NCBI GenBank assembly: GCA_028717685.1 | Contig: JAQUNI010000001.1 | Location: 633,329-697,328 of the forward strand | Length of the DNA stretch: 64,000 nt | Reading direction: 5' to 3' | Source: Patescibacteria group bacterium | Lineage (GTDB): Bacteria > Patescibacteriota > JAQUNI01 | Part shown: positions 19,851 through 29,600 of the stretch, in pieces | How positions within the stretch are numbered: the first letter of the stretch is position 1 | Layout: each line of letters starts with the position of its first letter | Notes under the pieces: model-generated | What the model saw: only the letters and a program-made list of their open reading frames with translations | Database searches by the model: none | What the model was told of the DNA's origin: nothing | Translations under genes and position numbers: made by a program

Positions 19851-19857
19851 AATATAT

Positions 19858-19931
19858 TCCGCGATAGCTCAATGGTAGAGCAACTGGCTGTTAACCAGTG
19901 GGTTGCAGGTTCGAGTCCTGCTCGCGGAGCC
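19858..19931 (+). tRNA. tRNA-Asn (anticodon GTT)
   Basis: Manual fold: acceptor TCCGCGA/TCGCGGA; D-arm GCTC-AATGGTA-GAGC; anticodon stem ACTGG/CCAGT with loop CTGTTAA; T-arm GCAGG-TTCGAGT-CCTGC; discriminator G. Confidence 0.85.
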
Positions 19932-20021
19932 GACAAAAATATGGCTTAACAAATCCATATTTTTTATACCCCTTCGTGGACGTTAGAACTTTTTAATGAT
20001 ATAATGAAGTTATGAAAAAAT

Positions 20022-20173
20022 ATCCTCTTATTCTATATGCGGTGGCGATGGCAGCCGTCATAGTCGGTGTAGATTTAGTGTTCTTCAGAAATCATCCCTG
20101 GGAACGGCTGATAGTGAACATTGGCATTGTCTTGGTGTTCGCAGCTTTCTACTTGAGATTCCTTTATCGGTAA
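20022..20173 (+). CDS. Small two-TM membrane protein (50 aa), hypothetical
   Basis: ATG at 20022 (MKKYPLILYAVAMAAVIVGVDLVFF...). It is below the ORF-track cutoff. Confidence 0.3.
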
Positions 20174-20373
20174 AAATAAACAACCATTGGCGGCGCGCTA
20201 ACGAAGTTGGCACAAAAAATTGCGGCGGCGGAAAAAGAAGCGGCGAAAGCTTGGGCGATCTAAAAGTTTTTCAAAATTCAGCGTTCGGCCCCGAAGGAAA
20301 GCCTTCGGCTTCCGACGGGATAAAATTTTCGCTAAAAAAAGTTCGGATTTCGTTCAGCGTTTGGAGCTCATAT

Positions 20374-20406
20374 AAAAAAATGGCTTATTTAAGCCATTTT
20401 TTGGTT
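20374..20406. promoter_or_regulatory. Family-A palindrome copy 1 (AAAAAAATGGCTTATTTAAGCCATTTTTTGGTT) upstream of TTGATA -35-like boxes
   Basis: Perfect A/T-flanked palindrome. TTGATA hexamers follow at 20424 and 20455. Confidence 0.6.
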
Positions 20407-20537
20407 AAAATTAGTAAAAATGATTGATAAAGTGTTGCTAAATATTACGTCTCTTTGATAAATTAGTAAAAAGTTATAAAATACATAGATCTTAATAATT
20501 TAAAGATAACTAAAAAGAAAGTATAAGAAGAAAGGAA

Positions 20538-21908
20538 GTGATAAAGATGGAGATGTTTAGTGGTTTTGATTTTTCGGAATACGGGTCACTCTCCAAGTTT
20601 GGGCAGCATCCGAAATTTGAAAGCTCGTTTAAAAAATGGCGGCGAAGGTTGCTCAATGGGCAATCCTCTAATGTTGTCAAATTAGCTGATATTCCGAAAT
20701 TAGGGAGTGTTTATCTTATCCCAAGGGATCAATATATAGAGATTGTTGATGGATTCGGGGATACGATCGCTATTGGAAGTCCTGGTAATGCTATGTTTCC
20801 ATTTAGCTCTTACGATTTTTTTGGAGACATCTATGAGGATGAGTATTTCCAGGAGCTTCTTCTGCAACCGTTCTTCCGCTTAGGAAAAATCAGTCAGCTC
20901 GGATATCTAGTTCCACCAAAGCCTGAGAGTTGGAAACTAAACGTTTCCATAATTTATCCCGCTCCTTATTTTGTCCATACCAGGTGGGCCCATTCAAGAT
21001 TAGTTGCCTTTTTAATGGAGGTGATTCTTGCTAAGCATGGCTATACAGAGAAAGAGCGGCTTCCTGTTGTTTTAACTGCTGCTTATCATGATGTTGCTAC
21101 GCCGGCGGGTGGGGACTCGGTCAAAAGAGTGGATGCTGAAGGTCTTAATGAAGAAGAGAATTTTGAATCGGTGCTAAGGCATTATGATTTGGTCCAAAAA
21201 TGGTCTGATAGGTATGGGTTTGATATAGAAAAAGCAAAACAATGGGTAAAGGGTATCGGGCTCTTTGGCAGACTCTTGGATATTATAGATAGAGTAGCCT
21301 ATACGGCATTGGACTGTTATTACGTGGGGTCTAGTCGTCCTTGTAAGCTTAGATTCTTTGGGCTAGAAAATCCTTTAACTCTGGACGTGTGGCAAGATTT
21401 AAAATTTAATGATGATCGCAATGACTTTGCTTTTACGGACCCAAACAGATTGTTCAAATTTTTACTCTTTAGGGCGTATGAGCACGAAGAGCTATTGATG
21501 AATCCGTATTCTAGGGCATTGGATTTTTTCCTGCAAAAGCTAGTCCAACCTCTATATAAAACGGGAATGATTATCCGGGAACAGCTTCTTTTGGGGGATG
21601 ATGAGTGGTTATATGGAGTACTTAAAAAACATTATCCAAATAAAAATTTGTGGGCCTTTATTGAGCCAGAGATTGTAATCTGGAAAAAGTTTGACAGTTC
21701 AGAGGGGCTTTGGAGGTTTTGTTTTGGAGATGAAACGATAGATCACGTAGAGCAGATCAAAGGTTTTGATACTGGTTTGGGTCTTGGAGTATACAGCGGC
21801 GCGGAGATTTTGCCCGTCAGAGAATTGCTGGCGGATGATCAGATTGAGGAGTTGGAAGAAATCAATAAGCAGGTAAAAGGATATTATGCTTATTGGATAA
21901 AAGAGTGA
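20538..21908 (+). CDS. HD-domain protein, divergent dGTPase/SAMHD1-like dNTP triphosphohydrolase family
   Basis: FFRLGKISQLGYL...HTRWAHSRLVAFLMEVI...LTAAYHDVATPAGGDSV aligns with the dGTPase motifs FRRLQ..KTQV / RLTHSLEV / AALLHDIGHPPFGH. Confidence 0.6.
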   Translation: MIKMEMFSGFDFSEYGSLSKFGQHPKFESSFKKWRRRLLNGQSSNVVKLADIPKLGSVYLIPRDQYIEIVDGFGDTIAIGSPGNAMFPFSSYDFFGDIYEDEYFQELLLQPFFRLGKISQLGYLVPPKPESWKLNVSIIYPAPYFVHTRWAHSRLVAFLMEVILAKHGYTEKERLPVVLTAAYHDVATPAGGDSVKRVDAEGLNEEENFESVLRHYDLVQKWSDRYGFDIEKAKQWVKGIGLFGRLLDIIDRVAYTALDCYYVGSSRPCKLRFFGLENPLTLDVWQDLKFNDDRNDFAFTDPNRLFKFLLFRAYEHEELLMNPYSRALDFFLQKLVQPLYKTGMIIREQLLLGDDEWLYGVLKKHYPNKNLWAFIEPEIVIWKKFDSSEGLWRFCFGDETIDHVEQIKGFDTGLGLGVYSGAEILPVRELLADDQIEELEEINKQVKGYYAYWIKE

Positions 21909-22028
21909 AAGGTTGGGACAGTGCTAAGGGAAACAAAATTTGTTTCCCTTTTTATTGACTTTTAGAAAAATTGGTTTAATATGAGGGTTAGTTTAATTAG
22001 TTCATTAAACTTGGTTTAATAAGAGAAG

Positions 22029-22829
22029 GTGACAAATATGAACCTACGAGCTTGGTTTCAGAGAAGATATGTAAATGAGATAGTAAAAGTTTTAGTTGAG
22101 GATGATAGAAAATGCCAAGAACTCATCAGGAGAGTAGAGGCGGATTATGAGGTCAAAGTAAAACTACCGGACTCAAACAGCATACCAAGTTGTTTTCTCG
22201 TTGATATGCTGGAAAGAGCCTTTACAACTGGAAAGATTGTTTTGCCTCCGAAGATTACCGTCCTTGATTTCGGGTGTGGCGATTGGTTCTATGCTCCCTT
22301 TTTACTGGGTTTTCTAAAACATTGGCAAGGATTCAGGGAGGTTTGTCTGGAGGGGATTGATTTTCCCAGTCGGAAAAATAAAAGGTCCCTACGCCGATTG
22401 CAGAAAGGAGAACCTGATTTAAGAGTCCATTGGGGCGACATTATGAATTTGTCCCAAGAGAACAAATACGACATAATTTTTGCAAGCCATATGGTGGCTT
22501 CGCCCCATCATTGTAAAATGTGGGGGGTTCCTTATTACAAGCCCAGTATGTTGTTCTCTTATTTACAATCTTTAGGAAAGCCCGACTGTTTGTTCGTTGT
22601 AATAGCTTATGAATATGCTGGAGAAGACGCGATTTTTCGTTGCTTTAAATCAAAGTTAACAGAATTTTTCTATCAACCTTTGGTCGAAAAAAAGTTTAGT
22701 TCCTTTCTTTATAATCGTCGCGGCTTTCATGACAACTCAATTTGTATCAGTAGATCTCCATTTGTGGACCTAGAAGCATGCGCGAGATATGAAGAGAAGA
22801 ATGAGGAAATGGACGCAATACTTTATTAA
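22029..22829 (+). CDS. Class I SAM-dependent methyltransferase
   Basis: Motif I VLDFGCGDW and an acidic post-I/II pattern (DIIFASHMV). ORF of 266 aa. Confidence 0.65.
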   Translation: MTNMNLRAWFQRRYVNEIVKVLVEDDRKCQELIRRVEADYEVKVKLPDSNSIPSCFLVDMLERAFTTGKIVLPPKITVLDFGCGDWFYAPFLLGFLKHWQGFREVCLEGIDFPSRKNKRSLRRLQKGEPDLRVHWGDIMNLSQENKYDIIFASHMVASPHHCKMWGVPYYKPSMLFSYLQSLGKPDCLFVVIAYEYAGEDAIFRCFKSKLTEFFYQPLVEKKFSSFLYNRRGFHDNSICISRSPFVDLEACARYEEKNEEMDAILY

Positions 22830-22831
22830 AC

Positions 22832-22864
22832 AAAGGACGGCTCTATCGGGAGCGTCCTTTTATA
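22832..22864 (+). terminator. Terminator-like hairpin
   Basis: AAAGGACGGCTCTATCGGGAGCGTCCTTT followed by T-rich sequence. Confidence 0.5.
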
Positions 22865-22908
22865 ATCTTAAGGATTACCGTTATCCGCTCCGTCTAAGAT
22901 ATAATGAG

Positions 22909-22977
22909 TAGCAGACCACGTCGCTCGCGAGCCCCGTCGCTCTTGAGCGACAGGGCGAGCGGCGTGGCAGGGCAAGG
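22909..22977 (+). other. GC-rich structured 5' leader element
   Basis: GTCGCTCGCGAGCCCCGTCGCTCTTGAGCGACAGGGCGAGCGGCG forms interlocking stems. It is preceded by a TATAAT -10 at about 22900. Confidence 0.45.
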
Positions 22978-23049
22978 TAAAATATGATAAACTAAGCTTG
23001 CGGGTTTAAATCAGGAGATATTTTCACTAAAAATATTAAAACAAAAAAT

Positions 23050-25020
23050 ATGAAATGGCGCGTGATTTTATTTATTGTTTTTTTCTGGTCAATCGCGGGA
23101 AAAATAGAGGCCGCTCAAGTGACCATCAATGCAACCGCGGATACCTATGTGAACTCTTATGCACCGACCCAAAATTTTGGCAGCGTTAATACTCTGGAGG
23201 TGCGCTCGCGCGATATTTCCCGCTCGAGTTTTCTCCAGTTTAATCTTTCCCACTTTATTCCCTTAGATGCGACGGTGACCAGGGCTTACTTGAAACTATA
23301 TCTTTTTGACAATTTTTGTTATACCAATGCCACCGCGCCGATGAATATCCGCATCTATCGGGTGAGCGGTCGTTGGTCTGAACAGAGCATTACTTACCAG
23401 AGCCAGCCTGATGCTTCCACCGTGGACGGCGCAAGCCTTACGCTTCCTCTAAATTCTGCCGCGGGATATAAAACTTGGGATGTTACGAATATTGTTAAGG
23501 GTTGGATTGATAACCAATATCTTAATTATGGTTTGCGCACATATTATTATTCAGAAAATAATTGTCAAGCCACATTTTATGCCCGTGAGGCAGGGGAAGG
23601 AATGAAGCCTCAGTTAGTTGTTGAATATACGCCGCCTCCGGACCGCACCCCGCCGCAGATTAGGGAAGTTTCAGCCGAAGTAACGGCGACGACAGCGACC
23701 ATTCGTTGGAAGACATACAATGACCCCTCTTCAAGCACGGTTGCTTACCGGCGGCCGGGAGCACAGCTCTGGCCAATCCAGAGCGCCGGGGGTTTAACAG
23801 TTGATCACAGTGTAACTTTAACCAATTTACAACCCCAAACACTATATCAATACACGGCGAAATCCAGAGACGCGGCAGGCAATGAAGCGGTTTCCGCGGT
23901 TTTAGAATTTACCACGGCAGAGGCCGAAGATCTGACTGCGCCGGATATTTCCAATCTGAGCGTTAATCACCTTTCAAGCCGCGCGGTAGAAATTATTTGG
24001 AGCTCGCAGGAAGAGGGGACAGGAGAGGTACGCTATAGCACAGATCGCCAACGCGTATCCATTGCCACCCAGGCGGGGCTCAAGACCAATCATACTGTGC
24101 GGTTGGAGCCGTTATTACCCGCCACAACTTACTATTTTGTGATTGACTCGGAAGATGCTCACGGGAACAGGACAGTCCGCGAGGAGGATCAATTTACTAC
24201 GCAGGCAGACGCTGCCGCTGAAGAAGAGGATGGAGAGGAACAGGATGAGGAAGAGAATTATAATCCTCTTTCCGTTTACAATATTGTTTCAGATGTTTTG
24301 AGCCCGACTAGTATGCGGTTCAGGTGGTGGAGCACAATTGACGGCACCTCTTGGGTTTTTGCTTCGGCAGACGCGGATGACGCGACATCGATTGAAGATT
24401 ATGAGTTTGTCGCGGGGCGCAATGATGGAGTAGATATGCACGAGGTTGTCTTGAACAATCTCGCGCCCGCCACAACCTATAGCTATCGCGTTCTAACGCG
24501 CGGCGCGGATGATCAAGTGGGTCTTTCAGAACTTAAAACTTTTCGCACTGACGCCCAATCTGCTCCCGAGGCCGCGGATGAGCAGCCCGAGGCACCTCCC
24601 CCGCTGCCGGCTGAACCCGATGGCACTCCGCAAGGTCAAGTCCCAGAACAAGTTACTGATCCGGCGGTGATTGAAGAGATTCGGCACCAGGCTCAAGAGG
24701 TAGTAGAGAAAAAAGAGAGTCCGGAGCCTGCCGTGAAAGAAAGTGAAAATTTGGAAGATGAGGGTCAAAAACCAGCCAACTTGGGCTCAAAGTTTTTATT
24801 TATTTTATCGCGCTTCTGGGTTTGGATTATTCTGGGGGGCGTTTTTTTCCTTGCTTTGCTGGGCATATTACTGTATTTATTATTACGCAAGAAAAAAGGC
24901 GGTGAAAATAGGGAGGCAAATCCCATCGCGTCGCAGCCAAGCAAGACAGTACCGAGCCAGATAGCGGCAGGGCAAACAGGCACGCAGACCCCCCAGCCCC
25001 AAAAGACCAAAAAGAGCTAA
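23050..25020 (+). CDS. Cell-surface protein: signal peptide, DNRLRE-like domain, fibronectin-III-like repeats, acidic linker, C-terminal TM anchor
   Basis: ATADTYVNSYAPTQNFGSVNTLEVRSRD...SFLQFNLS (DNRLRE-like). Repeated T-x-T-IRW/IIWSS...TLTNLQP..YQY segments (Fn3-like). Hydrophobic helix then a basic, P/Q-rich tail. Confidence 0.7.
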   Translation: MKWRVILFIVFFWSIAGKIEAAQVTINATADTYVNSYAPTQNFGSVNTLEVRSRDISRSSFLQFNLSHFIPLDATVTRAYLKLYLFDNFCYTNATAPMNIRIYRVSGRWSEQSITYQSQPDASTVDGASLTLPLNSAAGYKTWDVTNIVKGWIDNQYLNYGLRTYYYSENNCQATFYAREAGEGMKPQLVVEYTPPPDRTPPQIREVSAEVTATTATIRWKTYNDPSSSTVAYRRPGAQLWPIQSAGGLTVDHSVTLTNLQPQTLYQYTAKSRDAAGNEAVSAVLEFTTAEAEDLTAPDISNLSVNHLSSRAVEIIWSSQEEGTGEVRYSTDRQRVSIATQAGLKTNHTVRLEPLLPATTYYFVIDSEDAHGNRTVREEDQFTTQADAAAEEEDGEEQDEEENYNPLSVYNIVSDVLSPTSMRFRWWSTIDGTSWVFASADADDATSIEDYEFVAGRNDGVDMHEVVLNNLAPATTYSYRVLTRGADDQVGLSELKTFRTDAQSAPEAADEQPEAPPPLPAEPDGTPQGQVPEQVTDPAVIEEIRHQAQEVVEKKESPEPAVKESENLEDEGQKPANLGSKFLFILSRFWVWIILGGVFFLALLGILLYLLLRKKKGGENREANPIASQPSKTVPSQIAAGQTGTQTPQPQKTKKS

Positions 25021-25100
25021 GGATGTATTATTGCCTTCTTCTTAATTAGTTTTGCTCCTTTTTTGAGGGCATTCTTCTAAACACAGTTAAAATTGGAAAG

Positions 25101-26066
25101 ATGAAAAAGATTTTAATAATTGGATTGATTGCAGGTATTTTAGTAATTGGAATTATTGCCTTTTTCTTATTACATTTTTCTTCAGAAGAGGAGAATAATG
25201 TGGGCCAAGAATCAGAAATTTTTTGCGCAGATTACGATGGAAATCAACAAGAATGTTTATCCTATTCAGAATGCAAGTGGAGTTCAGATATAAATGAATG
25301 TGATTCAACAGATATGGTTGATGAAAATTATGAAGGATTGAACCAAGAATTAGAAAATATTGCTGTTCCAAATAATCCCTCAAATACTCTTTGCAAAAAA
25401 ATACCTTTGTCAGGTAAACCTCCTTATGGTGAAAGATATTACTGTTTGGCAGTTGTAAATCATGATGAAAGATTTTGTGAAGGGATTGATGAAGAAAAGG
25501 GGAAAAATATTTGCCTAGCCCATGCAAAAGCAGACCCCTCTTATTGTAAAAAAATCCAAGAAGATTCAGCTAAACATGTTTGTTATTATATGCTTGCGGT
25601 ATCAAGCAAAAATGCTGATTTTTGTAGTGATATTAGTTATAGCCAACATGAAAAAGAACAATGCTATTTTAATTTTATGAGTAATTTATATCAGTGGGAT
25701 AAATCTGATGAGATAAAAACAGAATACTGTAATCAACTTGGTACTCCAGATAAAAATACTTGTCTTGCGTTAAAGGCGAGAGATATTTCTCTTTGCGGAG
25801 ATAATCCTCATTGTTTGACTTTTTTTGGGCAAGATTTGTCTTTTTGTGATGAACATCCTGAAATAGATGGTTGCATAAAAGATAGGGCAAAGACAAGTAA
25901 AAATGTGTCAATTTGTGAATTACTTCCCCAGCCAGATAGAGATAGCTGTGTCGGGGTTTATTGCACCCACACAGAGCTTGATGTTAATATTTGTGATAGG
26001 ATTGAGGGTATTAAAGAAAGGCAAGACAGGTATATAGAACTTGCAATGAATTTAGGTAATTGGTAA
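25101..26066 (+). CDS. Membrane-anchored cysteine-rich protein, hypothetical
   Basis: N-terminal TM helix. More than 30 Cys in a repeating C..C pattern. Confidence 0.5.
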   Translation: MKKILIIGLIAGILVIGIIAFFLLHFSSEEENNVGQESEIFCADYDGNQQECLSYSECKWSSDINECDSTDMVDENYEGLNQELENIAVPNNPSNTLCKKIPLSGKPPYGERYYCLAVVNHDERFCEGIDEEKGKNICLAHAKADPSYCKKIQEDSAKHVCYYMLAVSSKNADFCSDISYSQHEKEQCYFNFMSNLYQWDKSDEIKTEYCNQLGTPDKNTCLALKARDISLCGDNPHCLTFFGQDLSFCDEHPEIDGCIKDRAKTSKNVSICELLPQPDRDSCVGVYCTHTELDVNICDRIEGIKERQDRYIELAMNLGNW

Positions 26067-26159
26067 AAATTTAATGCCGCAAAATCCTAAAAGTTTATTT
26101 TGTTTTTTTTATTCATTCTGATTCAAAATTAAAATCCAGTAATTTTTTCCTAGGGGAAA

Positions 26160-26197
26160 TTGGGGTCAGATCTTGTATCTTGACCTCTTTTTATTTT
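26160..26197 (+). terminator. Family-B conserved terminator copy 1
   Basis: TTGGGGTCAGATCTTGTATCTTGACCTCTTTTTATTTT. Confidence 0.6.
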
Positions 26198-26238
26198 AAA
26201 GCGGTTCATAACTTGGTCCGCCTTGGAGGAATTTATAT

Positions 26239-26269
26239 AAAAATGGCTTATTACAGCCATTTTTTGGTT
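26239..26269. promoter_or_regulatory. Family-A palindrome copy 2 upstream of TTGACA/TATCAT promoter
   Basis: AAAAATGGCTTATTACAGCCATTTTTTGGTT, then TTGACA at 26277 and TATCAT 17 nt later. Confidence 0.6.
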
Positions 26270-26619
26270 AAATAATTTGACAAAATAATTCAACTGTTTT
26301 ATCATTATATTTTATAACTCATAATTTACTGAAAGAGGCGATTTTTTGAAACACGAACATTGTTTTTTGGAAGATAGACTTTTTCAGTAGAATAGAGAGT
26401 TTCAATCTCTATCCTAGTAATGATAATGATTTATAAGTTCTACTGTTCATTCACAATTGAATAAGGTTAGAAAATCTTGAAATTTCTGTGAGGAGGAAAT
26501 GATGAAATCAAAGAATTATAATAAGAGATGGTTGGAAAAGTAGAGGTTATTTTTTAGCTATCTTTAGTTACGCTTGATTAGTAGGATACAAGGGTGTGAA
26601 AATCAAGAAGGAGAAAAAA

Positions 26620-29600
26620 ATGGTAAAAGGTGATGTTGATAGAGTGAAGGGGTATATTGATAGTGGTCTGATTGATCCTGTCAAAATAGCTCAAGAAATT
26701 GAAGGGTTGCCAGCATTACAGGTGGCTTATATTATTGATACGTATGACTTGATGCCGTCTACAATTGAACGTGGTGAGCTATATGAATCTGATAGTTTTA
26801 TTGACTTAGCTATGAAAACCCCTGGAATTCTTGAGGATACTCGTTTTGAAATACTTGCGCGATTTCATGAAAATTATGCTGCTAAGCTTTTTGCAGAAGG
26901 GCTGAAACTTTATCTTGATAGTCAAGAGGGAACTATTTTCGAATTTAATAAAGATACTGAAATAGATCCTACCAAGCCAATATCTTTTGTGAGGATTACT
27001 TACCGTCCTAATAAAGGAATAGAGCTGAAATATCTAAATGGAAATGCGCCTAGTAAGGGGTTTTATACCGTTTATTTGGGGAATAATTACACGGTTGTGT
27101 TTGATAACTCGGTTTTTAATAATAGGAAGGCAGTTTTTGAAGAACTTAGCTCAATTTTTTTATCTCGCAAAATTACATTTGTGGACTGTTCTCAGGAAGA
27201 GTTAAATGTGGTACAGCAATTAGAATCCGCTTTCTTATTAGCTTCAGTTGGCAGGACTCCGGTCTCTTGTCGATTTAAAGAGTCTTTCTTAATTGAGTGG
27301 TTGTCTTGGCAGGGCAAGCGGCAATTAGCCCGTGAGGAGGTAAAGCTTTTAGCCCGCCTCCTAAGGGAGAAAAATTTGTCTATCATGACTCCGGCAAGAA
27401 TTAAGCTTTATAAAGCTTCAAAAGGGCAATATGATAGAAGGCTTTTGACGGATATATTCTTTAGGAAGGAGGAGCCCAAAAAAATGGTTTCTAATATAAA
27501 TTGCCTAATGAATTTTAATATGGATTTAGCAGGCATTAAAGGTCCTATTGAAAAAGCGCCATTTCATATTTTAGCTCAAGACGTACCGATTAAGGTTGCT
27601 CCATTAAAAGGGTCGATTTCTTGCGCTTCTTATCTCATGAAATTTTATCCAGGGTATGGGGTATTAGACCAAAGTAAATCCATAATGGTATTAGATGAAC
27701 TTTCGCGCGAGAAGCGCTCTCGTTTGTATCTTAGCTTCTTTTATGATCCCGAGAGTCCGCTTTACAAAGCGCATTCCGCTTTTAGTAATGAAGTTAGCAA
27801 ACAGCTCAGAGAAAGAGGATTAGATAATGCCCGAAAGCTAATCCAGGCTTATATTGTTCGAAATAAGATGAGGATTGAAGATATAAAAGCCGAGGATATA
27901 GCTTTTCTATTTTCAGGTGGTTCTACTTTTTCTTTGTGCGGGATAAAAATACCTCATAGGACGAGACTTATTATGAATAAGATCTTTCCTGACGAATACG
28001 GACGGCTTTCTTTAGAAAGCGGTGAGGAATTATTTTCGCTTGATAATGAAGGCTTAATAGGTATTCGCAAAAGAGCTTATTTTGACGATGGTGCTGATGA
28101 TGCCGATATTTATACATCGGATGAGTTAAAGAGAATCAAGGAACGTTTTCGAGAAAATAGCAAAATGGCAATTAAATGCTATCTTGCTTTGCATCCCGAA
28201 AAAAGCTTAGATCTATTAAGCCAAGGAGATTTGACCGCTATTTCAGCTAAAATGTTGAGAATTTTGGGCGGTAGTTCTGTAAGGGTTTGTTTGAATAGAT
28301 TGATGCCTGATCAGTTCTTAATCCTTGATGAGGAAAAATCCCTTCATTATCTCATGGCAAAAGATAGGGATAAATTTTCTTTAGCCAGAAGATACATTCC
28401 GGATTATTACCATATCGTAGAGGAGGAGCCAGATAATTCCCAAATTTTATATGATGAGCATGATATAGCAGTGATTCGTGAAAGAACTATTGAGAATCTG
28501 AGAACTCTTGTTAAAACTCTTTTAAAATTCAAAGGATTTAGGTTTGTAGAGGAATTGGGCAGGCATAATACTGAAGGGCTGATTGATTTGCGCATTTTAG
28601 GCAATGCTTTCCCTAGTAGAGTTGATGGCAGTAATAATTTTATTGCTTCCACGAGAAAACTTTTCTTTAATGATTACGGTGTTTTAACTGAAGAAAAGTA
28701 TAGATATTGGAAGCATCAGGCAACGGGTCCAAAGAAACGTTATTTAAGCAATGTTTTTTTTATGGATCCAGACCTTGAAGATGGCTGGACTAAAGAAGAA
28801 ATTGAGGTAATCAAGTCACAATCTAAGAAAAATGCTATATTAGCCCTTAAGCTTTATATGCAAGAAGAAGGTATATTAGATATTCATAATATAACCAAGG
28901 AGATGCTGATAAAAGGAGTTGGGAAGCAGCCATTACTTCGTATCCTTGGTGTTTCTAGCTTTAGGAGCATTTTGAATGAAATATTCCCGGATGATTTTGC
29001 TGTTTTAACCCAAAACGGAGTTAAAAATTATTTTTCTTCTTCAACTACCCAGAAGCAGGCTCTTAATTATTCCTACTTTGGGACAAATGCTGACGGAGGG
29101 CTTGAACGGTATGCTGAAATTTCTGGCTTGAATAAAAAGTGGGTTTCTAATGCTATTGTGATGTTTCTTGAATTTCTAAGGGTAAATAGACTGTCATGGA
29201 AAGTATTCGGAGATGATGGGAGTTTACATTCTGATATTACTTTTACTCTTCCGGACAGTGTTTTTAGGATATTCAAGACCGATAACCATCACTTCATGTG
29301 GATTAAGGAGCAAATCGCGCCATTCCTTCATCCCATTGAAGATACAGAAGCTTTCTATTGGATCAATCTTGCTGAAACTGTAAATTTAGTAAAATTTTGG
29401 CAGTTAGATGATCTAAAAAATACTAATAGAATTCAAGACGTTCCTCTGCAGTTAAGAGCTAGAATCGCCGCAAAGGTTTTTGAGCATGGATATCCTTTTA
29501 TTTCTAATCAAAGAAACATGCTCGCAGCTGATTCAAAGGCGCTATTGCTTGCTAACCTTGATTCAATATCGGATCAACTTGATGGGATTGAAAAAGTTTT

